In this document: positions 1 to 9,609 of the stretch, piece after piece
Layout: the number at the start of each line of letters is the position of its first letter
How positions within the stretch are numbered: the first letter of the stretch is position 1
DNA from: Macrostomum lignano
Taxonomy: Eukaryota
Direction: 5' to 3'
DNA: 53,372 nucleotides
Assembly: GCA_002269645.1 (NCBI GenBank)
Contig: NIVC01004247.1
Span: 1 to 53,372 of the forward strand
Position numbers and translations under genes: made by a program
The notes under the pieces: generated by a model
Database searches by the model: none
What the model was told of the DNA's origin: nothing
The model's input: the letters and a program-made list of their open reading frames with translations, nothing else

Positions 1-423
1 GGGGGAATCACTGAAAAATCAGGGAAAGTGGTAAATGTTTAGGGAATTTATTAGAGATTCAAAATCACCTATTATCACCTTCTAGAATTGCTACCTAGAA
101 TTGCCTACCTAGAATTGCTAAAAACCAGGGAATTTTCAAATAATCAAAGAATACTATAATATCTAGAATGTGTCACCCAGATTGTCACAGTTGGGTTAAT
201 TTTATTTTTCATGTGCTACAAGTACTAAAATGTGTAGCTAAATTAAGGCCATAAATGTGGCAAAAGTATAGTGGCTAATATTGGGACACTTTCAGCCACT
301 CCTTGGCCACTTTTGTTTGGCCACCTTTTGGCCACTTTTTGTTTACATGTGAGTCATTGACAGCTGTGGCACATCTGGCAATGTGGATATACATCAACAG
401 CATGCCATCAAGTTCTAGATTAG

Positions 424-1414
424 GCGCTTCAAGGATTCTATTACAACAGCTATCGAGGACTTGTGCACAGGTTGCTCTCTAGAAAAGCGCATCAATCAAC
501 AAGGTACGAGCAGCCGCAGGCAGTCCTCAACAGACTTGGAAAATGATCAATTTGTGGCCTCTGTACATTTGTTTTATTACTTTACCAAGCTTCAGAAAAG
601 AACTGGTAAGAGAAAAAGTGAATTTTTCAATTATTTTAATGTTCATAATTGCTGTGACCTTACTTTTGAACTTTATAAAAGATGATAATAAAGTTTTAAA
701 AAGATGATTTATAAAAATATAAATTCTATACATACCTAATTCTTCTTGATCTCCATATACTCAACATCCTTTCACATCATAGCTCCAAGTCTCCAAGGCT
801 GTCAATGCACATCAGTGCATGACACATGCCTATGTTGCTTAGCATATGCCTCTCTGATGCAATGCAGCAAGTGGTTAATTGGTCAGGTCACATGGCTGAG
901 CAGTGCAAAGTGAGCTGCCAGCCCATAGAAGTTATGGATTCAGCGCTAGCTATCTATGGATATATTTCAAGGTGAGGTAGCAAATCATTCATTCTATGTG
1001 GTTTTATAATATGCTGAAAAACAATTCTAAAACATGGTCATATATATGTTGGAAATAAGGGTATTTTCATTTTATATTCAAATAGGAGATATAGAATGCA
1101 GAGTGGACAAACCAAACAAATTTTATCCTTGGTAAAAACAGTTAATAGGACTGCTAATGAAAATTTCTTTTCTACCACTGAAAGTAGCAAAAAAACAAAA
1201 ATTAATTTTCTGTATAAGTGCTACAAAAATTATACAACTTCTACCATAGACAGTTGTGCTCATCTACCTGGATGAGAAATCAAGGCCATCAGAACAGGCC
1301 ATCGAGAAAGAAATAGCACGCATCCTAAAGCCATGCTGCTCAAAGGTGTGCAGCTTGCCAGGAGCAGCTGTCATTTCCAGTCCCTGCTGCTGCTGCTTCT
1401 GCTGCTGCTGCTAA
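424..1414 (+). CDS. 3' exons of an unidentified host gene ending in a Cys-rich tail (exons 424-605, 783-909, 1086-1131, 1250-1414)
   Basis: AG/GT-bounded segments join in consistent phase into an open frame ending ...ARILKPCCSKVCSLPGAAVISSPCCCCFCCCC*. No family recognised; the 5' part is outside the window or not found. Confidence 0.4.
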
Positions 1415-1965
1415 GTTGTTGTGTTTCCCTGTTTTGTACTAAAGCCTTTATTATAAAACACTCATATATGAGTATTTACTTGAATACTTTTAACTCTTGT
1501 GCTTTTGATGACATTTTAATTTGGATTAATTTTTTAACTAATTAGTTCAAATTTCAGTTGCTTGACATTCTTTCTTTAATTATTTTTTGTTTTAAATGTT
1601 CCATTTCATTTTCACAATTTTTTTATCTTGCTTGAAAACATTTACAGGAAATTTTTTGCAATTTGCATAATGCTAAGTACAAATATATTATGTTGAACTT
1701 ACAAAAAACAATAATGAAGCAGTAAAATTTGAGCAACAAATAAGCAAATTTAATTCTTTACATTTGAGTATTTAATTTCTTTAAATGTTTATCATAATAG
1801 TATATATAGTGCAAACATCTGTCTGTCCTAAAACTGTCCGAAATTTTTGTTTTGTCAGCATCTGCATGACCATATTTGGATGTACATAAGGGGTACTTGT
1901 GGACAAGGATAATTTGTTGTCTGTCAGATGCAACTTTTTACACTAGGAGCTATTTGCCTCACATT

Positions 1966-2056
1966 AGTAGTATACGTTTTTTGACACAAAGCCGATTTCC
2001 TTATGGCGAAATACATAGTAAGTACAGGCCCAAAAAAATGGCAGAGTCCGAAATTT
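1966..2056 (+). repeat. Left terminal inverted repeat of the Polinton (91 bp)
   Basis: Reverse complement of 16597-16688, apart from one substitution and one homopolymer indel (T6 vs A7). Confidence 0.97.
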
Positions 2057-2113
2057 CATGTGCACGCAGTCTGAAATTCCATGTGCACGCAGTCTGAAAT
2101 TCCAAGTGCACGC
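2045..2113 (+). repeat. Three tandem 23-bp subterminal repeats (AGTCYGAAATTYCAWGTGCACGC)
   Basis: Units at 2045, 2068 and 2091; only one related copy lies at the right end. Confidence 0.9.
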
Positions 2114-2525
2114 TAAATATCTTTTACGCAACGTGATTATTCAGACGAATTGCATATCCACCTGTCCAAAATACAAGTAACCGATTCTAGCAATGGTGAC
2201 ACAAACACACTTCAAAGGATTCCATTCAAGACAAATTTACTCCAAAGCTATTCACACATTTCAAGTGTTTTTGAAATATTGAAAACTTGTGAATATTATC
2301 ACCCTTTTGAAGAAAGATAGTAAATGATCTATTCTTGAGTGCCTATAGAATTTTTGCACCAACTTGAGCAGATGGTTTACAGATACTATGTCAACAACTG
2401 CGTCAACATGCTTTTTCTTTATACTATATATATATATACGAACACACTGACACAGAAAATATTAAATAACTTAAACCAAGTTTACATTATACTACTTGTT
2501 CAACTATACTTACATCTTAAGTGAA

Positions 2526-3473
2526 ATGAAGCGATCACGTCAGCAGGAATTGGCCGAGCGCTATGTTAAACAAGGTAAGATAATCACCTACTCTAGTTCA
2601 GTTTTCTTTTTTAGATTGACTGTTCGCTATAGTTTAGTTTCTAGATTGATTGTTAGTTCGGTTTCTGTTTAGACCGATCCTCTGTTTGTTCAGTCTCTAG
2701 ATTGATTTTTGCTAGTTCGGTTTCTGTTTAGACTAATACTCTGCTAGTTCAGAATTTCTAGATTGATTGTCTGCTAGTTCGGTTTCTGTTTAGACTGATT
2801 CTCTGCTAGTTCAGTTTCTATATACATTGTATACATGCACCTATACCAAATTTCCCTCATCTTATCCATTATTATAGCATTCAAGAATGGTTTCTTCACG
2901 CGGCCACCTCCAGATCAGTGCAAACGCATTTGCCACGACACCACCACATCCAATTCTGCTGCAAGAGCATCATATTCTACATCTCTCGCCAGAGTAACCT
3001 CGATTCATGTCGAGAGACAGACAACTGAGCTAGATCGCATTTACACAAGAACTGATGTTATTCAGTCAATTAGGCAGCAATCGAACCCACGACCAACTGA
3101 CCAACTGCAGTATGCACCACCACCACCATCACCAACCAGCTACAATGACCCAACAAAGCAAACTTGCAGTAAGCCTACAAGTACCAAACCAACGACAGCA
3201 ACTGAAACACCATCATCATCAATTGCTATTTCTACCCAAGTTCAACCGCTGCTAAACTCGCCAATTATTGTACAGAAGGACATCAAGTCTGTAAAAGTCT
3301 CTCAAATGAGCACAGGCTTCTACCAAGTAGAATTACAAAGACCTGTAATACAACTCAAGTATTTGAATATTGGGACCTATCTTAAAAAGACATTTTTTCT
3401 AACTCTTCATAAAATTTTGCCAGCAATGTGTCCAAGTAATTGCTCTTTTAGTATATATCAAACAAGTCTGTAA
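2526..3473 (+). CDS. Spliced viral orphan protein, 214 aa (exons 2526-2574 and 2878-3473), P/S/T-rich
   Basis: ATG-MKRSRQQELAERYVKQ, donor AG|GTAAG at 2575, acceptor TTATAG at 2877; the phase-1 join is in frame with the long ORF ending at 3473. No homology recognised. Confidence 0.55.
2592..2820 (+). repeat. Alternating ~30-bp minisatellite inside the viral intron
   Basis: Repeated GCTAGTTCGGTTTCTGTTTAGAC and GCTAGTTCAG..TCTAGATTGATT units. Confidence 0.8.
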
Positions 3474-3639
3474 TCAATAATATAATCTCTATAAATTCAT
3501 TATTCTAAAAAATTCTTTCAATTTTATTCGCCATTCATATTGAAATTATTTAATTCAATATAAAGTCAATATCTTGTACAGTCATCATTAAACAAAAATT
3601 ATTAATCCATGCAAATAATTTTTTTTCATACGTTTCTTT

Positions 3640-4330
3640 AGCCATGGTCTGGCTTTTGCCTCAACAGTATGATTTAGCTGTGGTCCAGCTTTTGCCTCAA
3701 CAGTATGATTTAGCTGTGGTCCAGCTTTTGCCTCAACAGTTTTTAGCCGTGGTCCGGCTTTTTTGCCTCAGCAGTATGATTTAGCTGTGGTCTAGCTTAA
3801 AACTGCATCAACAGTGATTTAGCTATAGTCCAGGCTTAACTACCTCAACGATGATTTAGCTATAGTCAAGGCTTAACTGTCTCAACAGTAATTTTAGCTG
3901 TTGTCCAGACTTAACTGCCTCAACAGTGATTTTAGCTGTGGTCCAGGCAACTGTCTCAACAGGGATTTAGCTGTAGTCCGATTAGCTTAACTGTCCAGTT
4001 ATTTAGCTGTGAGCCAAGCAGCAGCACCCGTCTCAACAGTGAGAATTAGCTATGGTCAGCTTTACCTCAACTGTGATTTGGCTGCTGTGGTCTAGCATAA
4101 CTGACTCAACAGTAATTTTAGCTGTAGTCGTCCAGCTTAACCACCCGTCCAGTTTTATAACCATGGTCCAGCTTAACCACCGTCTCAACGTACAGCGATT
4201 TAGTCGTGGTCCAGCTTAACCGTCTCAACGTACAGTGATTTAGCCATGGGTCTAGTAGCAATTAACCGTATCAATAGTGATTTAGCCGTGGTCCAGCTTA
4301 ACTGTCTCAACACAGTAATTTAGCTTAGTC
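3640..4330. repeat. Degenerate ~36-40-bp tandem array (about 18 copies) inside the virus
   Basis: Consensus near AGCTGTGGTCCAGCTTAACTGTCTCAACAGTGATTT; the first copies are near-identical and later ones carry indels. Confidence 0.9.
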
Positions 4331-5035
4331 CAAACAGCATTTGTGTGTCAACTGCACTGACTGCATGCGGTTATAGCAGCGGCAGTCATTATAGTCCCAA
4401 CAAGCTGCGCGTCGCAGCATGATAGTGTAACTCTATATAGCTTCTGCTCAATATAGGACTGCAAAAGCTGAGTTACAACTATACCTTTTTCTGTTTGAAA
4501 AGTAACACTCTATATATAGGTTACTCAAGCAATCTCTTGTCACCGTGCGAGCTAAAAAATTCCAACATGCAAGCAAAACTTTCAATAAATTAATTTCATA
4601 GCACCGCGTGCAGCTTATTTTTACTCTAAAATCCAAGATTGCTAATTTTTCAAGTCGCAAAATATTTTAATTACATTCTACTTGAGAACAAAACCAATCT
4701 AATGAAGCAGCAACCAGCAGTCTTCTTATTAAACGCTTGCCATCGTGTTACTCTTGCAAATTTATAACTAGTGTGCCTAAGATTCATTAATTTTATTGTA
4801 TAAAATATCAACCTACATTTGCGTAAAATTAGACCTAATCATGCAACCCACCCTAGAAACTTATGCCACCTTTGGCACGCAACAATGTCTTAATCAGCAC
4901 GCAACAATTAAATTTGTTTACTAGTTCACAAACAGCATGCAAAGCTTGCTATAAATACAAGACCCGAAATGGTCAATTTTTCATGAGCTCAATCATTACA
5001 GCAAAAGAAATACTATATTCAATTGCTTGTAAGAC

Positions 5036-6234
5036 ATGGCAGCTTGCATCAAGACGGAGTCAATTGTACGCTCCGACTCGAGTCCGATTTTTTACGTTGG
5101 AGAGCAGTCTACAACCACGACTGGTTCGTCCTGCCAGTTTCGATCTATTGCGTGGAAACCATCAATCGAGTGTACAAAATGGTACCCAATTATATTGCAA
5201 ACCAAGGCTCCAATGGAGCTTTTTCGTGGAATCGCAGAAAGGCCAGAGCTCGATCATCCGTCTTGCAGACACGACTCTCGCGACGCAGTAAGTGTCCAAT
5301 TTCATCCAGACAGCTGCGATAAGGAACTCTTCCACTCTCTCCGGTGAGCACCATATTAAATTTATACAATTAATTTTAGGAAACTATATTCATAATTTAT
5401 ATAATGTTTTGCAGTCAAGTCGAAAAAGGTCTATCGGTCAAGTTGAACGAGATTCAAGATGCTCGACCCTTGGCACGACTAACAAAACCAGCTCATCAGC
5501 ATGCTAACGACGTCCTCGAGTTTGTGCCTCAACAATGGCTGGCTATAAAGCCTGCTTACCCTTGTGCCACAATCAGGATCAGCAACGATCATCCACACGG
5601 GAAGGAGGTGTCCATTTCCGATTTCAAAGGTGTCAGCGGTACCTACCAAATGACAGTGCAAGCAACGAGCTTGTATTGTCCAAAAGGCTGCCTCGTCTGG
5701 CGCATTACATTCGCTGTGCGCTCTCTGACACTCATAGAATCTTCCGACAACATGTTGCAGCGCCTCGACATGTTCAAGGGAGTGCTTGCACACCTACCCG
5801 CGACCAAGTCAGCAATTAGAAGCAGGAGTCCGTCCCCAACATCTACCTGTGAGCAAGAAGAAGCAAATGAACAAAGCCTGCAGAATTCAAGCCAGGTGAC
5901 ACCTGCCAAGTCACCTGCAAAGCGTCGGTCTACCACCACCGTATCGAAGAAGTCGACTACATCGAATGCAGCGCCAGCCTCTATTGAACCGCCGCCTAAA
6001 AAGCAAGTTCGAAAACGCAGCGGTGCAAAACAGCAAAACAATTCTGCCGAAGCTGGTGCAGATGGCACAGACTGGGTGGAGGCTCCACCAGCAAAGATCT
6101 TGGTGAGTACACCTGCCTCTGGAACCAGGGTAGCGTCCAAGGAGACAGCATTTTTAAAGCGTGCTGCTGCGGACGCTACTACAGCTAGCGTGTCTTCATC
6201 GGACGACTCGTACAGCAGCTCTGATGATGAGTAA
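5036..6234 (+). CDS. Spliced probable OB-fold ssDNA-binding protein, 375 aa (exons 5036-5343 and 5415-6234)
   Basis: Intron 5344-5414 (GTGAG...TTTTGCAG) joins two ORFs in frame. The pattern PIILQT..PM..FRGI...AVSVQF....KELFHSLRQVE...GTYQMTVQATSLY resembles T7 gp2.5-like/NCLDV SSBs, with an acidic C-terminus (SSSDDSYSSSDDE). TATAAAT at 4950. Confidence 0.6.
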
Positions 6235-6443
6235 CAAAATTTTTGACTAATTTTATCCAAGTTTTAACTAACTTATTCCACTATATTTATCAAATTTTTG
6301 GCTAGGGAAATATTATTTTTTAGGGAAAGCTCAAAACATTTTTTGCTACTCCTTGTACGCTAACCAGGTTTTGTAATTTAATATTAGAATTTACGATAGT
6401 ATAGTCATGTTTAACTTTTCTTATTATTTATTTTCCGTTTTAG

Positions 6444-7000
6444 CGACTTGTCCTATTAATAGTTACTGCGAGTCTGAAGCTGCACCCGTTTGAAAAATTT
6501 GATTTAAAGCAGACCAAACAGAAGCTACAGACCAGAAACCGGTTTTGCAAACTATTCCTAAGCCGACCAACAATGCTAAAGACAATTTATTCAAATGCTA
6601 AAATCCAACTTTATCCAGCAGGAAAACTAACTATATATGGCTGTAAATCAAATTCTCAGATAGTCTCAGTTTTACGATTTATCAACGACACTATTAATTG
6701 TGTAGATTTTGATTCAGTAAAAATTCAGAGCAGTACCTATGTCGCTTTATTGGTCATCTTTGGCCAAAATTCGGTTTCTCTAGTCTAAAAAGATATGCAG
6801 GCTACTATTCGAATTATCTGGTTGGATACGATGCAGAAAATTTCCCACAAGCAGTTTCTGTTAGATCAGCATCAAAACCAAGGCTTTTTTGTAACATATT
6901 TTTTTCGAAAAAGTTTGTTATTATGGGCGTTCAAAACACTCATGAATTGAATAATATTCTTAACCATGTCAAGGATTTTTTAATCTCTGTTAATAACTAA
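6444..7000 (+). CDS. TATA-binding protein (TBP)-like ORF, ~185 aa, with one homopolymer frameshift at 6746-6748; start unresolved
   Basis: Repeat 1: LIVTASLKL..FDLKQ...AKIQLYPAGKLTIYGCKS (TBP: NIVSTVNL..LDLKT...TALIFSSGKMVCTGAKS). After adding one T, repeat 2: KIQSS...YDAENFPQ...KPRLFCNIFFSKKFVIMGVQ (TBP: KIQNM...YEPELFPG...[20 protein letters not shown]). Length matches the TBP core. Preceded by an acceptor-like TTTTAG at 6443. Confidence 0.72.
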
Positions 7001-7214
7001 ACTTAACAAGTAAACAATTGCTGTCAAATCGCAGTTGCGATGCATTCTTTTACAAACATTTTGTCTTTTTTTATTTATTTACCAATTGTTTTCTCTAATA
7101 GTAAACGTGTCAGCTATACCTATAACTAACCAAATCATCATTTTTCTTACAGCCGCAAATGACAAACCGGATCATCTATTAATATTATGCTCGATACGCT
7201 CGTTGTCGAGCTAG

Positions 7215-8297
7215 GTGCACACAATGCCGCGTGCACAATGCCAAATCTGCAGAAAAAAGTTCAGTAATCAAGCCGAGCTGCATGCTCACTCGCATGGTGC
7301 TTGTTTTTCACCGCAACGATTACTGACCGGATCGCTGCAAAACCTGATCGAAAACCCACCAGATGGGTGGTCCATCGCTTTGCGCGAGTCAGCTCATCGT
7401 GGTCGGGTAAATTTTGTCGAATTTACTCCCACTCTTGAACAACAAGGCAACAGCTCTGGCGAGTTACTTCCTGGCGAGTTGATTGCGTCTTTAAGAGAAC
7501 CAATATTTAAAATATTGGAAAAAATTGGCTCACCCAGTTTATTAATAAGAGTCTGCTTTCACTTGAAAGTGACACTATTTCGACCGAAAACAGCAGCAGA
7601 CGACAACGATGGCTCGAGCAGCGAAGAGATCATTTCGGTCTATTTTAATACCAACATTGCGACAATATCATTTGATGAGACGATTAAACAGTGACATGCT
7701 GTTATCTCCCGAGGCCTACAATGACTGGTTCGCACGCGTTATTAATCAGTTGTTAATAAAAATTGACAATTTTCAATCTCGAGGTAGTAATTGGCAATAT
7801 AGAGCAATCGAGCAGCTAGACTTGATGCTCTGCGTTTATCGCAAAAGCCATGCAAGCACACTGTCAACAAATACGTCCCACGGTGGTGTGGGGGCGGGCG
7901 GCGGCAGTGGTGGTGGTGGCGGCGGTGGTGGTGGTGGTGGTGGCGGCGGCGGCGGCGGCGGCGGGGGCGGCGGGAGTCCGGTCCAGTCCGGTCCGGTCCA
8001 GTCCGGTCCGGTCTGGTTAAGCAGCAATCGTTTAAAGTTCCAGTCTCAATCGGTCGCAAAGCTGGAGCAGTACTGCTTCTAAAGCCGCACAGAGCAGTTT
8101 AAAGCATCAAGACTATTTAAGAGTCTTACACAAGCGACAACTTGTGTTTTCGCGCATACAGTCCATTCGTTCTCGAAAACAGAAAGTTTTTTTTGATGCA
8201 ACAAAGAAAACTTGCACTAAGCTTCTTCGATACGAAGCGATCCTGGACAAGTTCAATTAATTCGCTACCCTTTGGACACTGGCACTTGGCTAATTAA
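7215..8297 (+). pseudogene. Protein-primed DNA polymerase B remnant: N-terminal region and extreme C-terminus kept, catalytic core absent
   Basis: N-part has a C2H2-like CQICRKKF...LHAHSH and FQSRGSNWQYRAIEQLDLMLCVY, matching the Polinton pPolB N-region F..RGSGW....I..L.L...Y. C-part (8096-8297, one indel near 8205) reads LKHQDYLRVL...IRSRKQ...LSFFDTKR....INSLPFGHW, matching LTHEDY...IRS....LSPFDDKR....TLPYGH. No exonuclease or palm motifs lie between them. Confidence 0.8.
7881..8016 (+). repeat. (GGY)n microsatellite followed by CCGGT/CCAGT pentamers at the polymerase deletion junction
   Basis: Directly visible; reads as poly-Gly in frame with the polymerase N-stub. Confidence 0.95.
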
Positions 8298-8589
8298 TTA
8301 ACAATATGCTCTGATCTCTTTTGTTGTACAAAGTAATAGCATGCTATAGAAGACTGTAACCCATCATTAATTTTTTCATTGATCATTATTTACAATAAAT
8401 AAATGATACCGGCATTCGTTTAAATTATAATTTTAGCACTTTTTTGTGTTTAATTATTTGAAAAAGTATATTTTTTATAGTTAGATTCTCAAGACTAAGC
8501 TTGTGTTTGTAGTAGACGTAAATGTAGTGCTATCGTTCATGTTTCAAGAAAAAAAACTTTTTTTTAAACTTTCAGCTACAAGAATCGAC

Positions 8590-9072
8590 ATGAATCCCGA
8601 GCAGCAGCAGCAACAACAACTAACTGATCGTAAGCTTTTAGTTGAACGTCTATACGATTCGGCAACGATTCCGACCCGAAAAACTGTCGGGTCGATCGGG
8701 TATGATCTTTGCGCTGGCGTCGATGGTACCATTCCGGCCTACGAGTCCCGGAGTGTGCGAACCGGACTCAAAATTCGCTTACCGCCTGGTACCTATGGCA
8801 GGATAGCGGGACGTTCCAGCATGGCTCTGCACAGCTTATTTGTTGGCGGTGGCGTAATCGACCCCGACTATACTGGTGAAATCTGTATAGTCTTGTTTAA
8901 TTACAGTCCGGAAGACTTTGAGTACTATGCCGGGCTCAGTATTGCACAACTGGTTCTGGAGCAGGCCGTGCTTGCTTCAGTCTATGTGACTGAAGCAGAC
9001 AATTCGATTCGGATGATTGAGCCGCCGACCAAGCGGCGCGGCTTTGGCGGCTTTGGCAGCACTGGCCAATAA
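8590..9072 (+). CDS. dut: Viral trimeric dUTPase, 160 aa
   Basis: All five motifs are present: IGYDL, GRSS, GVIDPDYTGE, IAQL, RGFGGFGSTG. ATG at 8590. Confidence 0.95.
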   Translation: MNPEQQQQQQLTDRKLLVERLYDSATIPTRKTVGSIGYDLCAGVDGTIPAYESRSVRTGLKIRLPPGTYGRIAGRSSMALHSLFVGGGVIDPDYTGEICIVLFNYSPEDFEYYAGLSIAQLVLEQAVLASVYVTEADNSIRMIEPPTKRRGFGGFGSTGQ

Positions 9073-9163
9073 GTATAATAATAATAATAAACTGATTTTT
9101 TTCTTTGGTGATTGGTGCACTATGCGAGAGCTTTGTAAATACTATAAGCAATTTTAAAAATTT

Positions 9164-9607
9164 ATGCCTAAAATATATGTTGTAAAAATGTCTCCAGCGA
9201 AAGATCGAGGTTTTAAAAAGAAAAAGAAGAGCATTCGTAAAAAGAAGAAATCTATTAGAAAGATTAATAAAAAGCAACAAGGTTATGGTGTCGTAAATTG
9301 GTTAATTAATCATTTACCATTTGAAGCACATTTACCCGGCGGATATCAGTTTTGTGGTCCAGGTACGCAACTGCAAGCTAGGCTAGCAAAAGGACAACGA
9401 GGAATTAATCGGCTTGACAATTTGTGCATGCTTCACGACGTGGCCTATGATAAAAATTCTGACGTGCAAGAGAGGTTAAAAGCTGATAAGCTATTAGAAT
9501 CTGGTGCACGAGAGATTGCCCACGATCCGTCTACTGGTTGGAAAGAAAAACTAGCTGCGAAGTTGGTTACCAAGGTTATGCAAGTTAAGCAACGCTTTGG
9601 TGCTTGA
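9164..9607 (+). CDS. Parvovirus-type phospholipase A2-domain virion protein (PLA2X-like) with Lys-rich N-terminus
   Basis: HLPGGYQFCGPGT (Ca-loop) and HDVAYD (catalytic HD), as in parvoviral VP1u and adintovirus PLA2 proteins. Confidence 0.9.
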   Translation: MPKIYVVKMSPAKDRGFKKKKKSIRKKKKSIRKINKKQQGYGVVNWLINHLPFEAHLPGGYQFCGPGTQLQARLAKGQRGINRLDNLCMLHDVAYDKNSDVQERLKADKLLESGAREIAHDPSTGWKEKLAAKLVTKVMQVKQRFGA

Positions 9608-9609
9608 AA

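Noticed and set aside
4863-5322. ORFs 4863-5291 and 5023-5322
   Set aside because: They overlap the frame (5036) that splices in phase to the SSB-like exon and show no recognisable motifs.
5643-6260. 205-aa minus-strand ORF
   Set aside because: Antisense shadow of the low-complexity SSB tail.
7742-8059. Poly-Pro and poly-Arg/His minus-strand ORFs
   Set aside because: Antisense readings of the GGY microsatellite.
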